Assembly (NCBI RefSeq): GCF_030028105.1
Contig: NC_092376.1
Location: 170,157,613-170,221,612, forward strand
Direction: 5' to 3'
Length of the DNA: 64,000 bases
From: Mobula birostris
Lineage: Eukaryota
The position numbers and the translations under genes were made by a program. Under the pieces are notes generated by a model. The model searched no databases. It saw only the letters and a program-made list of their open reading frames with translations, and was not told where the DNA came from. Positions 12,601-24,600 of the stretch are shown here, piece by piece; position 1 is the stretch's first letter; each line of letters starts with the position of its first letter.

Positions 12601-15600
12601 GTAGCCTTTCCACTTCAAGTTTCAATGTGCTTTGTGTTCAGAGATGCTCTTCTGCACACTTCTCTTGTAACACTCATCTCTCTGAGTTACTGTGCCTTAC
12701 TCTCAGCTTGAACCAGTCTGGCCATTCTCCTCTGACCTCTCTCATTAACAAGGCATTTTCAACCATAGAACTACCACTAATTGAATGTTTTTTTTGGTTG
12801 TTTTTTTTGCACCATTCTCTACAAACCCTAGAGTTGTCTGAGAAAATCTCAGGAGAGCAGCAGTTTCTGAAATACTCAAAGCACCCTATCTGACACCAAT
12901 AATAATTCTGCAGACAAAGTTACTTAGATCACATTTCTTCTCCATTCTAATGTTTGGTCTGAACAACAAATGAACTTCTTGACCATGTCTGCATGCTTTT
13001 GTAGTATTTTGCAGGTGAACTGGTGTACCTAATAAAGTGGACCCTAAGTGTATACTTACACAGTGTCCCAGGGTAAGGGCAATGACCACACCCTGCAATG
13101 AAAGGCCACAGTGGAGTGAGTGCTCACTGTGTTGCTGCCTGGTGCCCAGGTTCAGGACATCTTATCTGAACTGCAGAGGAATTTTCAGTGGGAGGGGAAA
13201 AATTCAGTTGTTGTGGTCCATGTGGGTATCAACAGAATAGGTAGAACGAGGAAAGAGGTTTTGCTGAGGATATTTGACAGCTAGGGACTAAATTAAATAG
13301 CAGAAAAAAATGTGCTAATCTCTGGATTACTACCTCAGCCACATGCAAATTGGTATAGGGTTAAGAAGATTAGAGAGTTAAATGTATGGCTCAAGGATTG
13401 GTGTGGGAGAAGTGGGTTTGAATTTATGGGAAATTGGCACCAATATTGGGGCAGGAGGGAGCTGTTCCACTGGGATGGGCTCCACCTGAATCGTGGTGGG
13501 ACCTGGATCCTGGGAAATTGCATGACTAGGATTGTAACTAGGGCTTTAAACAAAATATCGGGGGGGCGGGGTTCAACAAATTGGAGAAGCATGGCTAAAG
13601 TAAAAGAAAAAAGTGTGGATAAAGTTAAAGTAAAAACAAAAATTAAAAAAGAGAGAGAAGTAAGGGTGCAGTGCAGAAAAGTCAAGTGCATAAGAGACAA
13701 AGGTTACTAGATTTTAAAGGCACAATGAGTGGAAGGGCACTATATCTGAATGGCTGTAGTCTTCATAAAAGTTCAGTGAACTTGTGGCACAAATCAATAC
13801 AAACACATATAATTTAGTGGCCATTGCAGAAATGTGGTTGTGGGGTGGAGAGGATTGGGAATTAAATACCCAAGGATATCAGGTAACATGGAAGGATGGG
13901 CAGGAAGGTAAGGGAGTCGGGGAAGTGCTCTTAATTAAAGATGAAATCAGGGCGATATAAGATCTAAGGAGCAGAATGCTGAATCCATCTGGGTAGAGAT
14001 TAGGAATAGTTAAGGGAAAAAAATCACTGGTGGGAGTTGTCTATAGGCCAATAATAATAACATTACAGAGGCACAGGCAATAAACAGAGAAATATCTGAG
14101 GCATATAAGAATGGAACAACAGTTATCCAGAGGGAGTTTAACTTGCACATAGATTGAGTGAATCAAGTTAGTCAAGGCAGTGTTGAGGAGGACTTCATAG
14201 AATTCATACATGAAAGCTTCCTTGAGCAGCCATGTTACTGATCCTACAAGGGAACATGCTATCTTGGATCTGGTCCTGTGCAATGAGACGGGTAAAATTA
14301 GCAATCTTGTAGTGAGGGATCCTCTTGAAAAGAGTGATCACAGTATGATCAAGTTCCTCATACAAATGGAGGGTGCAATAGTTCGATCTAAAACCAGTGT
14401 ATTTTTCATATGCTGGCTGGTTTTGACGGCGGACTCAAATGCAAGACACAGACACTGAAGTACTAGGAACAAGACTAGGTGTGTTAAACAAGCAAGGGAA
14501 GTGGGGAAGAAATGACGCTGGACAAGGCACCGGCCTGGATGAGGCTAGGATACAGGGCCTGGGCTAGGACTAGACTAGGAAAGCGGGACCTGGACGAGGA
14601 ACAAGGAACTTCGAACCTGAACAAGAACTCCGAGCCAGAGACCGAGCAGGCACCTGGAACCTAGGTCTTGACTCGGGCTCGGACCCCAGACCTAGGCGAG
14701 GACAAGACATGCTACAGGACTGGACATGGCTAGGCTACAGGACTGGACGTGGAACTCCTGCACAGGACAAGAATACATAGCCTTTGCTTGGACTAGACGA
14801 GGTTCTTGGATGTGACTTAGACTAGATGAGGAACTCCTGGGCTGAGCGAGGCACAAGAACAGGACGAGACCCTAAAGCCTTGACATGGTCTTGGGAGACA
14901 GGGACGCAGAGCACAGAGCATTGGTCTTGGGAGACAGGAGAGCAGAACACAGAGCCTTGGTCTTGGGAGGCAGGAACGCAGAACACAGAACCTTGGTCTT
15001 GGGAGACAGGAACACAGAACACAGAGCCCTGGTCTTGAGAGACAGGAACATGGAACACAGAGCCGGGACCCCTCCTTGGGAACAGGACGTAGGGCCGGGA
15101 CTCATACACAGAACACAGACAAGGTAGCGGCAAACGGCCAGACCTACCTAGCGGAGGCATAGACACAAGCAAGGTAGCAGGCAAGGCTTCAGGCAAAGGC
15201 TTCAGGTGAAGGTAGCAGGCAGGGCATCAGGCGAAGGTGGCAGGCAGGGCATCAGGCGAAGGTAGCAGGCGAGGCATCGGGCGAAGGTAGCAGGCGAGGC
15301 ATCAGGCGAAGGTAGCAGGTGAGGCTTCAGGAGGAAGGTGAAGGGAAGGGGGCAGTCCAGCCACTGAAGCTTCTTCTTCTCCTTCCTTGAGTTTTTACGG
15401 CAGTTGGCATCCACACTGTTGCATTACTGCCATCTTCAGGATTTATTGTCCCTCATTGTCCATTCACTTTAAAGCCGTCTTTCCAGTCTCGTTGCCCTTA
15501 AAAAACTAAACAACCATTTCCTCCCCTAATCGCTCTCCCCACATTCCAATAAACCTTTAACACTATTCTCTACCAGTCCTATTTTCCGTAATCGTTGTAA

Positions 15601-18600
15601 CATTTGTTGTCTTTCCTGTGCAAATTTCCTGCATGAAATAAGGATCTGCTCTACTGTTTCAGTCTCCTGACATAGATCGCAAAAACCTGTTGGATGCTTA
15701 TTTATGTGGCCAGAGTGCCATTAAGGTTGTTGTGCCCAGTTCTCAGTCTACTTATAATTACTTGCTCCTTTTGCTTTACGCCCCTACTTCTTCCCATATC
15801 TACTCTGTTCTGAATTGAATGTAAATGTCTTCCTTTTATTGCTCTATCCCAATGCTGATGCCACTGTTGATTTATCCTTCTCCACACTATGCTCTACCCC
15901 TCTGATTTTGATAGTTTAATATTCACCTTTATAGATCCTTTTTTGACTGCTGCTTTTGCCAGCCTATCTGCTGTCTCATTTCCCATAATACCCGAATGTG
16001 CTGGAACCCGCATGATGGTGATATTTTGCCTTGTCTAGCCAGTCTTGACTTTGCAAATAGGATTTCATAAAGCAGATCCTGGTGACCTCTAGTTGTACCT
16101 ACCTTAATGCATGTAAGGGCCGATACAGAATCACTACATATCACAATATTATTACAATCAACCTGTTCACTCCATTCTAGTGCTAACAATATGGCAAACA
16201 TTTCAACTGTATATACACTCAAGCAATCAGGTGTTCTCTTGCTAATTTCCACTCGATAACTTAGCACAACAATTGCAGACCCTGTTGCACCTGATTCTGG
16301 ATCTGTAAAAATCTGTATGCCTTTATATTTACATTCCCTATAACTATGATGTTCACTAGGTATATCCGCCGTCTTATTACTGTGTTTAATCTTAAGCAAT
16401 TCCAAATCTACCGAGGGATTTTCTAATAACCAGAAAGGTCTGACAGGCCACACTACACTTGGACAAAACTCTTTATTGTATACACCCATATCTTTTGCTG
16501 TTTGCTCTCCTGTCCAGCCAAAACTTTCTTTTTGCATCCTCTCCTTCTCCCAGCATGTCTGCAACACCCTTTCTGTAGGATGGCTATCACCATGCCCCCT
16601 TAAATTAATCCAGTAATTGGCCTCCAGCTGTTTACGCCGCAGCCTCAATGGCATTTCATTTGCTTCAACTTGGAGTGCACACACTGGGGAAGTTCTAACC
16701 ACTCCCAAGCACACCCTTAGGGCTGAGCTTGCACGATATCCAGTTCTGCTAGCACACATTTTGCTGCTGACCCATATACAATACTTCCATAGTCTAATTT
16801 TGATCTTATTAATGCTACATAAATATACTTCAGTGATGCAAAATCAGAACCTATTCTAATCCAGCAAGATACCTCATGACATTTACCACATTTTTACCTT
16901 TAGTAACTACATATCTAACATGTTCTCTCCATGTTAATCTCAAGTCAAAGTGCACTCCCAAAAACCGAAAACTTTCAACTCTCTCCCGGTTACTTCCATA
17001 CAGATTCAAATTAAGTCCCCTGACCTTTTTCTTTGTAAAGAACATGGCTTTTGTCCTCTCCACTGAAAATTTAACACCCTACTTTGTCCCCCATTCTTCA
17101 ACCTGATTAATTCCATCTTGCATTTTCATAACTATATGTTCAATATTTCTCCCTCTTTTCCACAAAGCCCCGTCATCTGCAAACAATGACCTCCCTACTT
17201 CCGTTGGAATATTTACGAATATATCATTTATCAAAATGGAGAATAAAGTTAGACTCACTACACTCCCCTGAGGCATCCCGTTTTCTACAACATACTCGCT
17301 TTATAGCTCTGATCCTAACTTCACCTGAATAGTTCTCCCATTTAGGAAGTCCTTAACCCAATTGAACATCGCCTCCCCACCCCGATTCACATTAAAAGTA
17401 GCTTGATTAGGAGCCCCTCATTCCATAACATATCATAAGCTTTCTCAACATAAGAGAACTGCAACCACTGTCTCTTTATTTAGTTGATCTTTTCTTATTT
17501 CATCCTCTAGACACAACACTGAATCCATAGTATTCCTTCCTTTATTGAACCCGCTTAGATCTGTAGCCACCATACCTCTACTTTCCAAGAAGTACACTAA
17601 CCTCTCATTTATCATACATTGCAGTTTTACATACATGTGACATCAAGGCAATTGGCCTGTAGTTTCCTGGCCTGCTGGCATCTTTTCCAGGTTTCCTTAT
17701 TGGAATAATTATTGCCTCTTTCCAGCTCCCTGGTATTCTCCCTTCATCTCAGACTTCGTTATGCAGAAGCAGTAGTTTCTGCAGACTTCCTTCACTCAGG
17801 TGTTTTATCATACTATAACATATTTCATCTTTACCCGGCGCAGCCTTTCCTGATTTATCTAGTGCCTTTCTTAATTCTCCCAGGCTGTAAGGGACATCTT
17901 ACACACCGTCAAGGTTAGTTTTCCTACATAAAGCCTCCATATTTTCAGCTTTTGTTCTCTCTCTACCTCTTTTCCCCTTCTCAGACAAATTATCAGAACT
18001 ATGTACCACAACAAAAGTGTTTGCCAACAACTCTGCCGTTTCCTTATTTGTTACTGCAGTCATATTTCCATCACCCAGAACTGGGTACCTCCACTCTCTC
18101 CTGTCCCCTCCCATCCTTTTTATCATCCCCCACACCTCTCCTACTGAGTTGTGTTTCCGATTGAATCACAATACTTTCTCCAGTGCATCCTTTTAGCATG
18201 TCTTATTGTCCTCCTTGCTACTGCCTGAGCTTGTTTGTACTGAATCATATGTTGGAAGTTATGAGTTCTTTTAACCAGTTTAAATGCCTTATTTCTATTT
18301 CTCACTGCTTCCTTACAATTATCATCCCACCATGGTATTACTCTCTTCTTTGTTCTTCCTTTACTTTTAGGAATGGATTCTAATGCAGCTGATATTATAC
18401 CTTGTTTTAATATGCTGTCAAGTGTTTCTATGTCCATTCCATCCCTGACCTGACTAAGGTATCTGTCACGTTTTTCCAGAAATTTCTCCCAATTGGCTTT
18501 CTCAAGGATCCATTTCCCACCTGTATTCTTAGTACACTAACCAATCACACACTGATGCAATGGAGTTTGATACTAATGTAATCAAGCACAGACTCTTTAG

Positions 18601-21600
18601 CTGTATTAACATCAATTTTAGTACAACTGCCATCATTTAGGCACACTAAATACTTCTCATCTAGCAACTCCTCTATTACCTGACCATTGATGTCTGTTCC
18701 GTCACTCCCCCATAATACATTATGTCCATCAAAATCACCACACCAAACAATGTTACTACTATTCTGCCCTTCTATCTCATGAAGCTTGTTTAACTCTAGT
18801 CTTTTGCATGGATTGAAAAGGAGGAGGTGCTTGCTGTCTTGTAGAAAATTAAAGTGGATAAATCCCCGGGACCTGACAGAGTGTTCCCTCGGACCTTGAA
18901 GGAGACTAGTGTTGAAATTGCGGGGGCCCTGGCAGAAATATTTAAAATGTCGCTGTCTACGGGTGAAGTGCCGGAGGATTGGAGAGTGGCTCATGTTGTT
19001 CCGTTGTTTAAAAAAGGATCAAAAAGTTATCCGGGAAATTATAGCCGGTGAGTTTAACGTCAGTAGTAGGTAAGTTATTGGAGGGACTACTAAGAGACAG
19101 AATCTACAAGCATTTGGATAGACAGGGGTTTATTAGGGAGAGTCAACATGGCTTTGTGCGTGGTAGGTCATGTTTGACCAATCTGTTGGAGTTTTTTGAG
19201 GAGGTTACCAGGAAAGTGGATGAAGGGAAGGCAGTGGATATTGTCTACATGGACTTCAGTAAGGCCTTTGACAAGATCCCGCATGGGAAGTTAGTTAGGA
19301 AAATTCAGTCGCTAGGTATACATGGAGAGGTGGAAAATTGGATTAGATATTGGCTCGATGGAAGAAGCCAGAGAGTGGTGGTAGAGAATTGCTTCTCTGA
19401 GTGGAGGCCTGTGACTAGTGGTGTGCCACAGGGATCGGTGCTGGGTCCATTGTTATTTGTCATCTATATCAATGATCTGGATGATAATGTGGAAAATTGG
19501 ATCAGCAAGTTTGCTGATGATACAAAGATTGGAGGTGTAGTAGACAGTGAGGAAGGTTTTCAGAGCCTGCAGAGGGACTTGGACCAGCTGGAAAAATGGG
19601 CTGAAAAAATGGCAGATGGAGTTTAATACTGACAAGTGTGAGGTATTGCACGTTGGAAGGACAAACCAACGTAGAACATACAGGGTTAATGGCAAGGCAC
19701 TGAGGAGTGCAGTGGAACAGAGGGATCTGGGAATACAGAAACAAAATTTCCTAAAAGTGTCGTCACAGGTAGATAGGGTCGTAAAGAGAGCTTTTGGTAC
19801 ATTGGCCTTTATTAATCAAAGTATTGAGTATAAGAGCTGGAATGTTATGATGAGGTTGTATAAGGCATTGGTGAGGCCGAATCTGGAGTATTGTGTTCAG
19901 TTTTGGTCACCAAATTACAGGAAGGATATAAATAAGGTTGAAATAGTGCAGAGAAGGTTTACAAGGATGTTGCCAGGACTTGAGAAACTCAGTTACAGAG
20001 AAAGGTTGAATAGGTTAGGACTTTATTCCCTGGAGCGTAGAAGAATGAGGGGAGATTTGATAGAGGTATATAAAATTATGATGGGTATAGATAGAGCAAA
20101 TGCAAGCAGGCTTTTTCCACTGAGGCAAGGGGAGAAAAAAACCAGAGGACATGGGTTAAGGGTGAGGGGGGGAAAGTTTAAAGGGAACATTAGCGGGGGC
20201 TTCTTCACACAGAGAGTGGTGGGAGTATGGAATGAGCTGCCAGACGAGGTGGTAAATGCGGGTTCATTTTTAACATTTAAGAATAAATTGGGCAGATACA
20301 TGGATGGGAGGTGTATGGAGGGATATGGTCCATGTGCAGGTCAGTGGGACTAGGCAGAAAATGGTTCGGCACAGCCAAGAAGGGCCAAAGGGCCTGTTTC
20401 TGTGCTGTAGTTTCTATGGTTCTATGGTTCTATGGTATGGATTATAATAATTCACAATCACCAACTCTTTCCTTACAGCCCAAACTTTTACTACCACATA
20501 CTCTTGTTCACTTCCTATACCTAGTATTCTATAAGGAATACCTTGCTTTACATAAGTTGCACATCCTCCTCCTCCCCTCTCTCTCCTGTCTTGCCTTACT
20601 GCCACATAACCATACAAAACAAAATCCAAATTAAGTTTTAACCAGGTCTCCGAGATACACACAATATCTGGCTTTTCTCTCCTACTAGCTATAAACTGCT
20701 TGAAATCTTGTCCATTAGCAATCAGGCTTCTTGCAGTCCATTGAAGAAGTAAAATTTTTAGTAATATCAACCCACACATACTGTCTCCTGACTTGACTCT
20801 ACCCTGAGTTCATTGTTTACTTCTTCCCATTTTAATCCTATCATATCCAAATGGTGCTCTGCAGCTTTCACAATAATCTGAATCCTTCCAGTTTTAGATT
20901 TGAACTCATAAGTTGTGTTTACCACTCCCGCTATAAAGGTCACCAATTTCTTCTTCTCTATCCATGCATTCTTCTTATCTTGCCTTTCTTTAGCTGCCGC
21001 TTGCTCTTTGCTACATCCTCCCTCATTCATTTTCTTCTGTCCTGCCAACATGACTGCCTCAGCATATGAGACTTTTTCCTTCACCCTTATCTGCTGCACC
21101 TACACCTCTTTTCTCAACACTTCACATCCCCAGTACGCTACACTATGGTTACCTCCACAATTACAGCACTTTAGTCTCACTCCCTCTCCACATTTTCCGT
21201 ATTCATGTTTCCCACCACACCTTGCACATCTTCTCTTTCCTTTGCACACTTTGGCCACATGCCCAAACTCCTGGCAATTGAAACACCTCATAGGTTTTGA
21301 TATATATTCTCTTACACTGTATCTTAAAAATCTAAATTATAACTCCTTTGGAGGCACCTTATCCTCAAATTCTACCAGAACGGTTTCAGTCTCCCTTTTC
21401 TGTGCTCCCCTTGTCATTCTTTTCACACACTTCACTGAACTATTCCTCACCCTCAAGTTCTCCACTAGCTCCTTCATATTAACACTGAGGGGAACCCCGG
21501 ATATTCCCTGCTTGCAACCATTGACCTTTTGTGCTCCAACTCTTACAACCCTGGACACTTTAACTTTCCCAACAGTAGTCACCTTCTTTGCCTTCTCCAT

Positions 21601-24600
21601 CTGCTCTTCGGTTTTACATCCTATCAGCAGGTTTCCATCTCCTAAAATTCTCACATGGTTCACTTCCCCTACTTGCCCTCTGATGATTTTTGTTAGCTTA
21701 AGTGGATCAATTTTCTTTACTCCCCCTTCCCCCTCAAATCTTACTACTACATTTAGCAATTTTGTCCTCGGGCCCTTCTCTTCAACTTCTCTTCCCTCAC
21801 TTTCCGATCCACCTACACTAGACCCACCTCCTTTCTTTCTATTCCAACCCTTCACCTTCCTGTTCTTAGTCCCTCTCCCAACCTCTTCCCACTCTCCGTG
21901 CTATTGCTGTCATCATCATTCTCCCTCCCTGCCATCCTATCAGAGTTTTCAAGGAACCATGTACGACTATTGTTCTGGACCTATACAGGCCGTCAGTCAA
22001 TATTCCCACAGAATGTCCCCCACAACACCCCAGCAGTTTGTTTGGTTGTCCCTCGGACCAGAACCAATTCCTGCTCAGCACTCATCAGCCGACCGCCAAG
22101 TCCCCTCCCAGCCACTGAAGCTGAACCCAGGAACTGTTTATGTAGCCAGCCAAAATGAGAATCATGTGCCACAATTAAGGCACACAACAGCAGAAGGGAA
22201 AACCAGAAAGCCTGGAATAAGGATCGATGGACCGGACCGTGAACCGGAATGCGGATTTCACGGACCGGACCATGACAATATTATGCCTAAACAAAGGAGA
22301 CTACAATGGGATGAGGGAAGAATTCGATAGGTTAGTTCTGGGAACCAGGCTATGTTGTGAGATGGCTGAGGAACAGTGGAAGACTATCAAAGAGATTTTT
22401 CACAGTGCTCAACAAACGTATATTCCAGTTAAAAGCAAGTGAAATAAGAGTGGGAAGAGCCAGCCATGGATAACTAAAGTAATAAAGAAAGGCATCAAAC
22501 TTAAAGCTCATGTGCACAAAGTTGCCAAGTATAGTAGGTAACTGGAATATTGGGAAAACTTTAAAAAGCAACAAAGAATCACTAAGTGAGCAATAAAGAA
22601 AGGAAAGATAGATTATGTAAATAAGCTAGCAGAAAATATAAAAACAGATATTAAAATTTTTATAATTATATAAAGTGGAAAAGGGTGGCCAAAATGAATG
22701 TAGGTCCCTTGGTGGACAAGAAGAGGAAATTGATATTGGGTAATGAGGAAATGGCCAAGTCTTTGAATAACTATTTTGTGTCAGTTTTCATGGTGGAGGA
22801 GAAGTCTACCATGCCAAAGAGAGATTATATCAATGTGATGGGAGGTGAGGACCCTGATACAATAACAATCACTAAGGAGGTAGTGCTGAGCAAACTTGAG
22901 GACCCAAAGATAGACAAGTCCCCTGGTCCTGATGGGATGTATCCCAGGGTACTGAAAAAAATGGCAGAGGTTATAGTTGAGGTCTTGGTGATAACTTACC
23001 AAAATTCTCTGGACTCTGGGCAGGTCCCTGCAGACACCACTGTTCAATAAAGGATGTAGGCAAAATGCAGGTAACTACAGGGCCAGTTAGATTAACATTT
23101 GTAGTTGGGAAAATACCTGAAGCTATCATTAAAGAAGAAATAGCAAGGCATCTGGAAAGAAATGAATCCATCAAGCAGACGCAGCATGGATTCAGCAAAG
23201 GCAGGCCCTGTTTGACAAACTTACTGGAGTTCTTTGAGGATATAACAAGCACAGCGGATAGAGGGGAACAGATGGAGGTTATTTACTTAGGTTTCCAGAA
23301 GGCGTTTGATAAGGTGCCATATAAGAGACTTATCCATAAGATAAGGATGCATAGAGTTGGGGGTGATGTAATAGCATGGATAGAGAATTGGTTAACCAAT
23401 AGGAAGCAGAGTGTTGCAATACATGTGTGTTTCTCTGGAATCTGTGGTGAGCGGTGTGCCACAGGGGTCGGTACTGGGCCAGCAACTGTTCATGATATAG
23501 GTTAACGATCTGGAAGAGGGGACCGAGTGTAGTGTAGTGTTTGCTAATGACACTAAATTGAGTGGAAAAGCAAATTGTGCAGAGGATACGAAGAGTCTGC
23601 AGAGAGATATAAAGATAGATTAATTGAGTGGGAAAGGATCTGGAAAATGGAGTACAAAATTGGGAAATGCAAGGTCATCCACTTTGGAAAGGAAAATGGA
23701 AGAGCAGATTATTATTTAAATGGTAAAAGATTGCAACATGCTGCTGTGAAGAAGGACTTGGGAGTGCGTGTGCGTGAATCACAAAAGGTTGGTTTGCAAG
23801 TGCAGCAGGCTATCAAGAAAGCAAATGGAATGTTGGCCTTCATTGCTAGAGGGATTGAATTTAAGAGCAGAGAGGTTATGCTACAACTGTGTTGGATACT
23901 GGTGAGGCCGCATCTGGAGTACCGCTTATGGTTCGGGTCTCCTTACTTGAGGAATGGTACAGTGGCTGGGGAGGCAGTGTAGAGGAGGTTCAGCAGGTTG
24001 ATTCCAGAAATAACAGGGTTAGACTATGAGGAGAGATTGAATTGCCTGGGACTGTATTTGCTGGAATTCAGAAGTATGAGATGATATCTTATGGAAACAA
24101 AAAATTATGAAAGGGATAGGAAAGTTGTTTCCACTGGTAGGTGGGACTAGAAGAAAGGGACATAGCCTCAAGATTCACAGGAGTAAATTTAGGATGGAGA
24201 TGAGGAGGAACTGTTTTTCCCAAAGCATAGTGAATCTGTGGAATTCTCTGCCCACTGAAGCAGTGGAAGCTACCTCAGTAAATATATTTAAGACAAGATT
24301 GGATACATTTTTGCATAGTAGGGGAATTAAGAGTGATGAGGAAAAGACAGATGGGTGGAGATGAGTCCATGTTCTGATCAGCCGTGAATGGCAGAACACG
24401 CTCAATGGATCAGATGGCCTACTTCTGCTCCTATTTCTTATGTTCTTATGTAATATGTGGAACAGTTTATAATCAACAACTATTTCATACCTAATGTCAG
24501 TTAACTTTGGACTTACGGTCATCCACTCCAACATTGGTGTCTCCAGTGAGAACAATGGAGCCATTTTCCTGCACCTCCCACGTGTACAGACTAGGATCTC

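Larger units (their letters stand above)
14404..22277 (-). mobile_element. Solo LTR of the same family as 6881-7624, split by a LINE (pieces 14404-15371 and 22108-22277)
   Basis: The minus-strand start TGTCATGGTCCGGTCCGTG matches 6881, and the gtgtcttgcatttg end matches ~7583. Flanks are gtatt/atatt. Confidence 0.7.
13060..24450 (+). mobile_element. CR1 LINE (ORF1 esterase end plus ORF2), split at 14403/22278 by a nested insertion
   Basis: HVGINR and DGLHL (SGNH/GDSL esterase), endonuclease remnants, [18 protein letters not shown]. Removing 14404-22282 rejoins aaccagtgtatt|atgcctaaacaaagg. ttcttatgttcttatg tail. Confidence 0.85.

Noticed and set aside
14822-15196. ORFs with repeated peptides ([22 protein letters not shown])
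   Set aside because: They are translations of the 36-bp tandem repeat inside an LTR.
14885-15330. Regular short repeats that might suggest a CRISPR array
   Set aside because: They are head-to-tail with no unique spacers, in a eukaryotic context with no cas genes.
20915-22330. 471-aa plus-strand ORF
   Set aside because: It is antisense to the purine-rich Nimb ORF1. The C/T-rich strand is depleted of stops, and the product is low-complexity with no recognisable domain.
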